Shown here: positions 39,786 through 48,139 of the stretch, piece by piece
Layout of the letters: each line of letters opens with the position of its first letter
Position numbering within the stretch: position 1 is the stretch's first letter
Assembly (NCBI GenBank): GCA_016218045.1
Contig: JACRFB010000063.1
Location: forward strand, 68,226 to 132,225
Length of the DNA stretch: 64,000 nucleotides
Direction: 5' to 3'
Source of the DNA: Ignavibacteriota bacterium
Lineage (GTDB): Bacteria; Bacteroidota; Ignavibacteria; SZUA-365
Program-made: the position numbers and the translations under genes
Notes under the pieces: model-generated
Databases searched by the model: none
What the model was told of the DNA's origin: nothing
The model's input: only the letters and a program-made list of their open reading frames with translations

Positions 39786-40319
39786 TCAGAATTCCGCGCG
39801 GTGTATCACCGGGGAACAGGAGGCACAGAATTCCGCGGGTTTGATGTCGATGTCCTCGACGTAGGTCGAGGCGTTCATGACGCAGGGTTCGTCGGCGCAG
39901 TGGCGCAGTCCGTAGGTGTGCCCGAGTTCGTGCAATGCCTCCTTGAATGAACGGCGGCGGAGCAGATGCGACGACGGCGCCAGACCGTAGAGATCGTTGC
40001 GCAGACGGAACGAGGAAAAAATGCAGGCGCGGGCGGCCAGTTGCGCCTGTCCGAAAATGTAGGTGAGCACGGGCAGAAAAAGATCGTGCGAGGTGACGCC
40101 GAGCAGTTTCGTCTTGCCGGGTGGAGCAGTGTCGAGCAGCATCTGCAGGATTCGTCCGCTGTGGTACTGCCTGCGCGAGGCGTCGTATGCCTCGCGGATG
40201 GGGACGGGCAATGCGCCGACCGTGACACGGGCCGCGAGCACCTGGCCCAGATCCGCGGCGAATTCGTCGAGAGACAGGTCGCGGTCGGCTTCGAGCGGGA
40301 TGAGCAGAATGTCCGTCAT
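39786..40319 (-). CDS. Archaemetzincin-family zinc metallopeptidase (M54)
   Basis: HELGHTYGLRHCADEPCVMN is the HEXXHXXGXXH-C-x4-C-x-M archaemetzincin signature. Confidence 0.65.
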   Translation of the reverse strand: MTDILLIPLEADRDLSLDEFAADLGQVLAARVTVGALPVPIREAYDASRRQYHSGRILQMLLDTAPPGKTKLLGVTSHDLFLPVLTYIFGQAQLAARACIFSSFRLRNDLYGLAPSSHLLRRRSFKEALHELGHTYGLRHCADEPCVMNASTYVEDIDIKPAEFCASCSPVIHRAEF

Positions 40320-40332
40320 TCCTTCGTCACCG

Positions 40333-41694
40333 CTATTCCGGCCGCTTCAGTCCGTACTTTTCGATCTTATTGTACAGTGTGACACGATCGATGGCCAGCC
40401 GCTCGGCGGAGCGGGTGATGTTCCAATTCATCTCCGAGAGCACCTGCACGATATGCCTGCGCTCCACATCCGCGAGACTCTCGCCGGCTGCGCCCGCGGC
40501 CCGCGTCGAGAGATGCATGGGCAGATCCTCCTCCTCGATGAAAGGCCGCGACGACACAACCATCGCGCGCTCAACCGCATTCTCGAGTTCACGCACATTG
40601 CCCGGCCACGCGTACGTCGTAAGCAAAGACATGGCGCCTTCGGAAAACTCCTTCGCGGTGCGATTCATCAGCCGCGCGTACTTGTGCACAAAATGTTCCG
40701 CCAGCATCGGTATGTCGCCCCTCCTCTCGCGCAGGGGCGGTATCGTGATCGCAAACACGTTGATGCGGTAGTACAGGTCCTCTCTGAACGTCCCGTCGCG
40801 CACGGCCGCCTCGAGGTCGGCATTGGTCGCACAGATGAGACGGAAATCCACGTGTATGGTCTGCTCGCCGCCCACGCGCTGGAACTGATGCGATTCGAGC
40901 ACGCGCAGCAGATCCACCTGGGTCTTGGGCGCAAGTGTGCCGATTTCGTCCAGGAACAGTGTTCCGCCATTTGCCATTTCGAATTTCCCTTTGCGTCTGT
41001 ACTGCGCGCCCGTGAACGATCCCTTTTCATGTCCGAAGAGTTCGCTCTCGAGCAGCGACTCCGACAGAGCGCCGCAGTTTACGGGGATGATGGGGAAGTA
41101 CTTCCGTGTGCTGTTCGCGTGTATTGCCCGCGCGATCAACTCCTTGCCCGTGCCGCTTTCGCCGCGTATCAGCACGGTCGATTTTGTCGGGGCCACGGTG
41201 CGGACGAGGTCGAATACCTTCACCATCTCCTCGCTCGCTCCGACGATGTCGTCGATATGATGCAGCGCGTCGACGGTCTGGCGGAGCTGCGCATTCTCTC
41301 GCGCGAGGCGTCGCTGCTGCGCCGCGTTGCGTACCATCGTCGAGAGCTCGTCGGGGTCGATCGGTTTGGTTACGTAATCGAAGGCGCCTGCCTTGAGGGC
41401 TCGGACGGCGGTGTCGACCGACGCGAACGCCGTGATGATGATGATGATGATGTCGGTATCGAATTCCCGGATGCGTTCCTGCAGCGCAAGGCCGTCCATG
41501 CCGGGCATCTTGATGTCCAGCAGCACGAGATCGATTCGTTCGCGCTGCAGGATGTCGAGGGCGGCGGCGGCGTTCTCGGCCGTGTGTACGCTGTAGCCGT
41601 CCTCGAGGAACCATTGTTCCAGGGATTCGCGGACGGACGCTTCGTCGTCAACGACGAGCAGGTGTATCGACGAAGTGGAGAGGGGATCGGTCAT
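40333..41694 (-). CDS. Sigma-54-dependent response regulator (NtrC family: REC + AAA+ + Fis-HTH)
   Basis: LLVVDDE...D(54-like) receiver. GESGTGKE Walker A. GAFTGA-like loop (EKGSFTGA). ESELFGHEKGSFTG. C-terminal HTH. ATGA overlap with the kinase gene. Confidence 0.85.
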   Translation of the reverse strand: MTDPLSTSSIHLLVVDDEASVRESLEQWFLEDGYSVHTAENAAAALDILQRERIDLVLLDIKMPGMDGLALQERIREFDTDIIIIIITAFASVDTAVRALKAGAFDYVTKPIDPDELSTMVRNAAQQRRLARENAQLRQTVDALHHIDDIVGASEEMVKVFDLVRTVAPTKSTVLIRGESGTGKELIARAIHANSTRKYFPIIPVNCGALSESLLESELFGHEKGSFTGAQYRRKGKFEMANGGTLFLDEIGTLAPKTQVDLLRVLESHQFQRVGGEQTIHVDFRLICATNADLEAAVRDGTFREDLYYRINVFAITIPPLRERRGDIPMLAEHFVHKYARLMNRTAKEFSEGAMSLLTTYAWPGNVRELENAVERAMVVSSRPFIEEEDLPMHLSTRAAGAAGESLADVERRHIVQVLSEMNWNITRSAERLAIDRVTLYNKIEKYGLKRPE

Positions 41695-43304
41695 GATGCC
41701 TGGTATTCTCTGTGTGTGTTTTCTGTGTCGCCTGAAACAGGAAGGGAGATGATGAAGGAACTGCCGTGTCCGGGCTCGCTCTGCACGGTGATGTCGCCGC
41801 CATGCTGTTTGACTATGCCGTACACGATCGAGAGGCCGAGGCCCGTGCCGAAGCCGCTTTCCTTCGTGGTGAAAAACGGTTCGAAGACGCGCTGCAGATC
41901 GGCGGCCGAGATGCCGATACCGGTGTCGGTGACGCGCAGCAGTGTGCGCCCTGCGTCGGTTGCGGCGTCCACGGTTAACGTGCCGCCGTCCGGCATGGCT
42001 TCGATCGCATTGATGAGCAGCGCGATGAGCACCTGCTGCAACTGCGACTCGTCGCAGTACGCGCGGACGGAAACGGGCGGCGGCTCGTAGCGCACCTCGA
42101 TCTGCTGCAGGTCGATCTGGTGCTGGACGAGGCGCAGCGAGCGCTCGATGAGCGTGTGCAGATTGCAGACCGCCCGCGACTGTGGATGCGCGCGCGCAAA
42201 AAACAGCAGGTTGCGGACGATGTCTCCGCAGCGCCGCGCCTCCTCTGCGATGATGTCGAGGTCGCTATTGATGCGCGCCAGCTTCTCTTGGTCCACAGTG
42301 TCGCGGAGCCGCTTGCGGCTCAATTTCGCAAGAGTCAGAATGCCCGAGAGCGGATTGTTCAACTCGTGTGCAATCATCGAGCTCAACTTGCCGAGCGACG
42401 CCATTTTTTCCATGTGTAGAACCTGCTCCTGCATCGACTGCAGTTCGCGCGTCTTCTGGTTCACCTTCTGCTCGAGTGTGTTCGACCAGTCGAGCAGCTC
42501 GTTGCGCGCGCCGTCCAAGTCAGCCGCCATACGGTTGAAGGCCTCGGCGAGACGCCCGATCTCGTCGGAACGCCGAGTCGTGATGCGGTGCCGCAGGTTT
42601 CCGGAGGCGATTTCGCGCGTGCCCGCGATCACTTGTTTCACCGGCCGATGCACGCCGACAAAGACAAAAATGGCGGAGACCGCGGCGACGGCGAGCAGGG
42701 TCACAACGGCCGAGGCGAGTTGCAGCAGTACACCGTCGTCGATGTGTTTGTCGGCGTATTCGAGACTCATCTGCACGTCGAGCACACCCAGCACCGTCTG
42801 TTCTTCGGAGTGGGCGTGACAGGCGGCATCCCAGCACCCGCGCTCGTTGCGTATCGGGTTGATGAAGCCAAGCACGCGATGACCCGACGGAGCGTAGTAC
42901 TTGCGCGCGTACTGATCGGAACTGGTCTTCACAAAATCGGAACCGCCGCCGTGGCACATGATGCAGGCGTCGGCCTTCACATCCACCACGTGCCCGATCT
43001 CAGAGAGCGAATCCGAATACTTGATCACCCCGCGCTTGTCGTAAATGCGAATGTGATCGATGCCGCGCAGGGATCCGAGATCCTGGATGATGGAACTCAG
43101 CTCCGACGAGTTGTTCTCCGACATACTTCGCCGCAGGGCCTGCTTGGTCATCTCGCTGGTGCGTTCCACCGCCTCCTGCACCGTCTGCTCGAGCGTTTCC
43201 CTCTGCGCGCGGATGCTGAATATCGTCGTCCCCAGCAGCACGACCGCGAGCGAGAGCACGAGAATCGTGACGATCTGAAGACTGAGCGAGCGGAAGATGT
43301 TCAT
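41691..43304 (-). CDS. Sensor histidine kinase with periplasmic domain carrying putative c-type heme-binding motifs
   Basis: TM1 - about 160-aa periplasmic segment with CIMCH (CXXCH) and CWDAACH (CX4CH) - TM2 - HAMP - HisKA (SMIAHELNNP) - HATPase (GTGLGLSIV). The start is approximate, because my hand translation around 43310-43325 disagreed with the ORF track by one base. Confidence 0.75.
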   Translation of the reverse strand: MNIFRSLSLQIVTILVLSLAVVLLGTTIFSIRAQRETLEQTVQEAVERTSEMTKQALRRSMSENNSSELSSIIQDLGSLRGIDHIRIYDKRGVIKYSDSLSEIGHVVDVKADACIMCHGGGSDFVKTSSDQYARKYYAPSGHRVLGFINPIRNERGCWDAACHAHSEEQTVLGVLDVQMSLEYADKHIDDGVLLQLASAVVTLLAVAAVSAIFVFVGVHRPVKQVIAGTREIASGNLRHRITTRRSDEIGRLAEAFNRMAADLDGARNELLDWSNTLEQKVNQKTRELQSMQEQVLHMEKMASLGKLSSMIAHELNNPLSGILTLAKLSRKRLRDTVDQEKLARINSDLDIIAEEARRCGDIVRNLLFFARAHPQSRAVCNLHTLIERSLRLVQHQIDLQQIEVRYEPPPVSVRAYCDESQLQQVLIALLINAIEAMPDGGTLTVDAATDAGRTLLRVTDTGIGISAADLQRVFEPFFTTKESGFGTGLGLSIVYGIVKQHGGDITVQSEPGHGSSFIISLPVSGDTENTHREYQAS

Positions 43305-43430
43305 CGGAGGTCCCGGAAGGGAACAAAGTGGGCGACACAAGCTACCAAATCTCGCGCATGTCCACAACGGCGGACGCGAATGGAAACGGGCCCGAAGGCC
43401 CGTATCCGATCATTACTGAGACCTCGCGGC

Positions 43431-44234
43431 CTACACCTCGGCGTCGGCCGAGCGCGGATACAACACGCCGCGGACAAGTTCCATGTACGCGGCCTCTCCG
43501 AAGGCCTCGTCGAGCGCCGACACTGTCTCGCCGCCGTCGTTGAGGCAGATGCCTCCGGGGGCGAGATGCGTTTCGAGACGGCGTGCTGCGCGGCGCATAA
43601 ACGTCGAGAGCACGGCCTCCTCCGCGATACGCGCGCGGGCCGGAGGTAGCATCGCCGGCCGCTCCGCGTCGTGTTTGGACGGAACGATACAAGCCAGCCA
43701 GCCGAGATCATAGGTGTTGGTGCGCAGGAACACGGGATCCTCACAGAGCTGCCTGTTCTGCCGGACCAGTGTTCCCGTGAGCGGCGACAACACGGGCAGC
43801 ACATTCGTGTGTGTGTAGATCCACGCGATCGGCCTGCCGCGTTCCACGGATTCGCTCATCGCGGGAAACACGATGCGGGCGGATGGCGGGAGCAACAGAG
43901 AGAAGGGATGGGTGATGCCCAGGTACGCGAGTTTGACGTCGTGGAAACGCGCCCAGGTATGGTCCGTCGAGTACGCCAATCCCTCGTGCAGATGCGAGGC
44001 GGTGAAGCCGCGGAGCAGCCGCACAATTGTTTCGTCGCAGGGGACAGGCAGGGGCACCTGCAGCGGCATATCCACTTCCGCGTCGGCCGCCGCGGGTCCC
44101 TGCTTGTCGTCCTTACGGAGCACGTGATCCAGCGGACATCGGTCGCAGTCAAATGCGCGGTCGCAGAGCTTGTAGGTGAGTATGCCCGCGTCCATCCAAA
44201 CGCATTTGCCCTCGGTATTCCTGGAGCCGCTCAT
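43431..44234 (-). CDS. Hypothetical protein with N-terminal Cys cluster and GcvH-like (hybrid-barrel) domain lacking the lipoyl-lysine
   Basis: C-x12-C-x5-C-x2-C near the N-terminus. HTWARFHDVKLAYLGITH...SPLTGTLV...YDLGWLACI parallels GcvH (HEW...GIT...SPVSG...PY..GW), but R replaces the ESVKA lysine. Confidence 0.4.
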   Translation of the reverse strand: MSGSRNTEGKCVWMDAGILTYKLCDRAFDCDRCPLDHVLRKDDKQGPAAADAEVDMPLQVPLPVPCDETIVRLLRGFTASHLHEGLAYSTDHTWARFHDVKLAYLGITHPFSLLLPPSARIVFPAMSESVERGRPIAWIYTHTNVLPVLSPLTGTLVRQNRQLCEDPVFLRTNTYDLGWLACIVPSKHDAERPAMLPPARARIAEEAVLSTFMRRAARRLETHLAPGGICLNDGGETVSALDEAFGEAAYMELVRGVLYPRSADAEV

Positions 44235-44282
44235 GTCTACTCCCGTGAGTCGTGTGAATCCAAGCGTGGTGAATAATAGCGG

Positions 44283-45497
44283 TCAGGAAACGGACACTTC
44301 GACCGTACCTTTCGGTGCTTCGCCTTTCACCGGACGGGCGGCCGAGAGGCGCACGGTCTGGTGTTTCTCCTCGTGCGAGATATCGGCGAAGATCGGGAGA
44401 TGTTTGACCGCGAAGCCGAACACCCAGAAACCGACTGTCACCACTGCAAGCGACACAAAAATCTCGCCGACGGAGGGGAAATACACGCCACCGTAATACG
44501 GTTCAATCGAAGTGAGCGCTACGTTGAGGCGGTTGGTGACAAAACCCAGCACCACCGACATGGCGCAGAGCGACAGGCCGAGACGCGTCTGCCCGAAGCC
44601 ACGGATGTTGAAGAGCACGATCGGCAGGACGAAGAACAGGGCGAGTTCCACGAGCAGCATGATTGTTTGCAGCGAGCCGTCGAGAAGCGCGAACTTGTTG
44701 CCGTGCACCATGTCGATCAAACGCATGGTTACGTACACAGTGGCGACACCGATCATTGCGCGGGCAAGGTCTCGCAGCAATGGCGTCTCGAGCGCCTTGT
44801 TAAAGACACGCGCGCTGAGGTACGACTCGACAATGGTCATCGCCAGGCCCACGGTGACGGCCGACACGAAGAAAAACACCGGCAGCATCGGCGAGTACCA
44901 GAAGGGATGCATTTTCTCGGGGATGATGAGATAGAGACTGCCAAGCGAGGACTGGTGCAGCATCGACAGGAGGATGCCCGCGACAACAAGCGGTATCGTG
45001 ATGGCCTTCATGATCTTGAGCAGGCGTGTCATCTTGAAGCGCTCGAGCACCACCGGACTGAATTCGAGGGCAAGCACCGTGGTGTAGAGCATCACACACC
45101 AGGCCACTTCGAACATGACCGAATGAGGATTCCACATGATGATCGCATGCCAGATCGACCAGGGACGTCCGAGGTCGAACATGAGACCCACGATCACGAG
45201 CAGATAACCGAGGAAGGCCGTCAGTACCGTCGGACGGACGATGGCCTTGAAGCGTTTCAGATTGAACACGTACACAATACCGCACAGAGTGAATCCGCCG
45301 GCGGCCAGACCCACTCCGGTGACAACATCGAAACCGATCCAGATGCCCCACGGTGCGGCATCGGAGAGATTGGTGGCCTTGCCGAGCCCGAAGGCAAAAC
45401 GCATGACGGCCGAGACGAGTCCGCCGAGCACAAAAAATGCGCCGAGGATCTTCCAGAAGGACAAGTGTTTTTTCAGGGATATCATGGACGACCTCAC
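44283..45497 (-). CDS. NrfD/PsrC-family polytopic membrane (quinone-interacting) subunit
   Basis: About 10 TM helices. NrfD-like motifs (SLYLIIPEKMHPFWYSP). 4-nt overlap with the upstream Fe-S gene. Confidence 0.75.
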   Translation of the reverse strand: MRSSMISLKKHLSFWKILGAFFVLGGLVSAVMRFAFGLGKATNLSDAAPWGIWIGFDVVTGVGLAAGGFTLCGIVYVFNLKRFKAIVRPTVLTAFLGYLLVIVGLMFDLGRPWSIWHAIIMWNPHSVMFEVAWCVMLYTTVLALEFSPVVLERFKMTRLLKIMKAITIPLVVAGILLSMLHQSSLGSLYLIIPEKMHPFWYSPMLPVFFFVSAVTVGLAMTIVESYLSARVFNKALETPLLRDLARAMIGVATVYVTMRLIDMVHGNKFALLDGSLQTIMLLVELALFFVLPIVLFNIRGFGQTRLGLSLCAMSVVLGFVTNRLNVALTSIEPYYGGVYFPSVGEIFVSLAVVTVGFWVFGFAVKHLPIFADISHEEKHQTVRLSAARPVKGEAPKGTVEVSVS

Positions 45498-46249
45498 TTC
45501 GTGCTGTTGTTATTGCGTTGGGATTCTTCGAACCGCTTCACTTCTTCGCGACGATGCGTGATCCAGTAGATCGCGGAGAAGGCCGCTCCCGCCGTCACAA
45601 CAACGTCGGGCAGTTTGGAAAGCACATTCCACGTTTTCTGCGGAAGCGCTTCGGATCCGATTTCGGTTTTGAATCCCAGTTTCTCGAAAGGCACGCTCGA
45701 GAGGAAGAGAACGGACATGCCGCCAATTTCCTTTTCGCCATAGATACGATGGACGTAGTTGTCCGGATTCTCGCTGATGCGGCGGTGCGCCTCGGCGAGC
45801 AATTCGTCGCGTTTCCCGAACAGCGTCGCGCCTGCGGGACACGCCTCGCTGCAGGCCGTCGGCTGTCCCTTCGACGTGCGTTCGTCGTAACACATGGTGC
45901 ATTTACGCACGCGGGGATTGTTGCTGCTCCACTCGTACTTCGGAATGTCGAACGGACAGGCGAGCATACAATAGCGGCAGCCGAGGCACTTCGAAGCGTC
46001 GTAGTTCACCGGGCCGGCCTTGGTCTTTTCGAGCGCACCGACGGGGCACACCGAGCCGCAGGCGGGCTCGTTGCAGTGGCGGCACATGCGGCGGACCCAG
46101 GTATCGCCGTATTGTTCGAGCGTCGTGAAATTCTTTTCGTTCAGATTGCGCGCCTCGATCTCGGGGAACCCGTGCGATTTCTGGCAGGCTGTACGGCATT
46201 CGCCGCAGCCCACGCACTGGGTGATGTCGATGAGAAGGGCATAGGACAT
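45494..46249 (-). CDS. NrfC/DmsB/HybA-like 4x[4Fe-4S] ferredoxin subunit, no Tat signal, C-terminal TM anchor
   Basis: Four Cys clusters (CVGCGECRTAC; CRHCNEPACGSVCP; CLGCRYCMLACP; CTMC...CSEACP). Starts directly at MSYALLIDITQC with no twin-arginine leader. Hydrophobic tail VVVTAGAAFSAIYWI. Confidence 0.75.
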   Translation of the reverse strand: MSYALLIDITQCVGCGECRTACQKSHGFPEIEARNLNEKNFTTLEQYGDTWVRRMCRHCNEPACGSVCPVGALEKTKAGPVNYDASKCLGCRYCMLACPFDIPKYEWSSNNPRVRKCTMCYDERTSKGQPTACSEACPAGATLFGKRDELLAEAHRRISENPDNYVHRIYGEKEIGGMSVLFLSSVPFEKLGFKTEIGSEALPQKTWNVLSKLPDVVVTAGAAFSAIYWITHRREEVKRFEESQRNNNSTK

Positions 46250-46356
46250 TGTACTATCCTTGAAATTGTGTGGGTGGTATCAGTCGTCGTGTGGTCAGGG
46301 GAATTGCGGACAGGGAAGAGTCCCGCGGCCGCTGAGCCGGGGCCTCCATCATTTCC

Positions 46357-47025
46357 TCAGCGGAGAAATTCCTGTTCGAAGGTGTGCAGAGCTTCAGTGT
46401 CGAGATGTTCGAGCGAACCGGCAACCGCGACGCCGCCGTCGAGCATGGTCTCGCCTGCAAACGCCGGCTGCATCGCCTTCGCATGGAGGAATTCGCGGAA
46501 ACGCGCCGCCTCATTCCTGATCCACGTCACAGCACTCTCGGCGATCGACATCACGGAGAGGTTTGCCGCGAGCTGATCCGGCGCCACCGAAAACAACCAG
46601 CCCTCATCATATGGATTCGCGTCGATGAGCGCAGGGTTGTCGATCACATCGCGGTTGATCGCGATCACGGTGCCCGAAACCGGGGCGACAAGAGACAAAG
46701 CACGTCCGCCGCGGGACAGTGTGATCACGGGATCTCCCTGATTCACCTTCTGGCCGATGAATGGCAGTGTAACGTTCTCGATTGTGCCGAGCGCCTTCTG
46801 AATAAAATCATCAACACCAACAACCACATCGTCGCCGCCGCTCATGCGCGCCCACGTGTGCGCAGGATGGAAAAATATACCCTTGGGCATACGGACCACA
46901 TCCGACGCCGCTCCCTGCGCCTTCAGGACGGGCGACATCAGCGGATACTTCTTGTGGCGGATCTGAATTACCAGATCGATCGTCAACAGGGTGACGACAA
47001 ACAGGATGACGAATAATGCTACCAT
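46357..47025 (-). CDS. Membrane-anchored GcvH-like (glycine-cleavage H-fold) protein, non-lipoylatable
   Basis: N-terminal TM (VALFVILFVVTLLTIDLVI). HTWARMSGGDDVVVGVDDF...APVSGTVIAINRDV...ANPYDEGWLFSV matches the GcvH fold, but the lipoyl-Lys position is Arg/Gly. Confidence 0.5.
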   Translation of the reverse strand: MVALFVILFVVTLLTIDLVIQIRHKKYPLMSPVLKAQGAASDVVRMPKGIFFHPAHTWARMSGGDDVVVGVDDFIQKALGTIENVTLPFIGQKVNQGDPVITLSRGGRALSLVAPVSGTVIAINRDVIDNPALIDANPYDEGWLFSVAPDQLAANLSVMSIAESAVTWIRNEAARFREFLHAKAMQPAFAGETMLDGGVAVAGSLEHLDTEALHTFEQEFLR

Positions 47026-47084
47026 GACTGTGCTCCTAGAGGGTGTGTAAGTGCGTGTGGTGAATTTCTCATCAGATAACTGTT

Positions 47085-47100
47085 GAAATCATCCGCAATA
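47085..47100 (-). promoter_or_regulatory. Candidate sigma-54 (-24/-12) promoter for the GcvH-like/NrfCD-like operon
   Basis: Minus-strand sequence TGGTGC-GCTTA-TTGCG follows the consensus TGGCAC-N5-TTGCW, with GG and GC 11 nt apart. About 60 nt upstream of the 47025 start, and next to a sigma-54 activator gene. Confidence 0.3.
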
Positions 47101-47242
47101 AGCGCACCAGACTCGTTTGTCTCTTTTTCCGCATTTTTCAACACTTTTTTCTTACATCCCGACCGTTGACAATTCAGCGACTGTTGGATAATTCATCGGG
47201 AATCCAAAGGGGATTTATAAACCGAATGAAAATATTCACATA

Positions 47243-47283
47243 TACAAAAAACGGTGCCGTTGAAATTATCAACGGCACCGTTG
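47243..47283 (-). terminator. Rho-independent terminator downstream of the methyltransferase gene, inside an AT-rich island
   Basis: Perfect 13-bp inverted repeat ACGGTGCCGTTGA / TCAACGGCACCGT with a 5-nt loop. An A-tract on the + strand gives a U-tract for the minus-strand transcript. Confidence 0.5.
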
Positions 47284-47300
47284 TGATATTCATCAGTACG

Positions 47301-47981
47301 TCAGGCGGATCTGAAGAGATAGAGGAACTTCCGGGGGAAGCGAACGGGCAGCAGACGAAGCACGGTGGTGAGTGGTCGCGTCAGAGCTAAGCGAGGGAAT
47401 AATGCCATGAGCCGGAAATGTGTGAGGTAGGGTCCCTCTACCGAACACGTGCCATCGGGCTGCATGGCCAGAATATCAGCCCAGGAATGATAGACCCAGG
47501 AGTCCGTTCGCGAGTGCCCGCCGGAAAGATCGCTGTCGCCGACGAAAGCGACGACACCACCCGGAGCGAGGAGCAACACCATTCGGCGTATATAGTCTCG
47601 CACGTTTTCAATATCACGTGTATTCATCACACTCATGCCCAGCGAGAAGATGCAGTCGAATCTCTCGTTTGTTTCAAACGACAGCGCATCGGCGGCGATG
47701 AAGCCGACCTGCGGGAAGCGTTGCTCCGCGATTGCGATTGCACGTGCACTGATGTCGATTCCCGTCACCGTGCAGCCCGCCTCGTGAAACAGGCCGGAGT
47801 AATACCCTGTGCCGCAGCCTACATCGAGAACCCGCGCACCGGCTTTCAAACCGCAGATACCCATGATGGAGCGAACCGCCCCCATTGAAACTGCTCGGGG
47901 ATAATAGGCGAATTCCGACGTGTTATAGAAATCGTCGTACTGCTCGCGAAGTCTGTCGGTATCTTTGCCGCCGCTGTTCAT
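47301..47981 (-). CDS. Class I SAM-dependent methyltransferase
   Basis: Motif I VLDVGCGTGYYS, post-I GIDIS, motif II/III region. Internal start MNSGGKD was used. Confidence 0.7.
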   Translation of the reverse strand: MNSGGKDTDRLREQYDDFYNTSEFAYYPRAVSMGAVRSIMGICGLKAGARVLDVGCGTGYYSGLFHEAGCTVTGIDISARAIAIAEQRFPQVGFIAADALSFETNERFDCIFSLGMSVMNTRDIENVRDYIRRMVLLLAPGGVVAFVGDSDLSGGHSRTDSWVYHSWADILAMQPDGTCSVEGPYLTHFRLMALFPRLALTRPLTTVLRLLPVRFPRKFLYLFRSA

Positions 47982-48139
47982 TCGTCGCGCGAAAAGTGAG
48001 TGGAAAGCCGGTTGTTTCCAAACGTGTGAAGTGGGATTTTGTAACACTTCGCGGTGCACGCCGGTATTAGGCCGATCCGTGCTGCCGTCCGCGCACGCCA
48101 TTCCGATACTCCCGCCTGTCTCATTCCCCGGGGTTTCCC

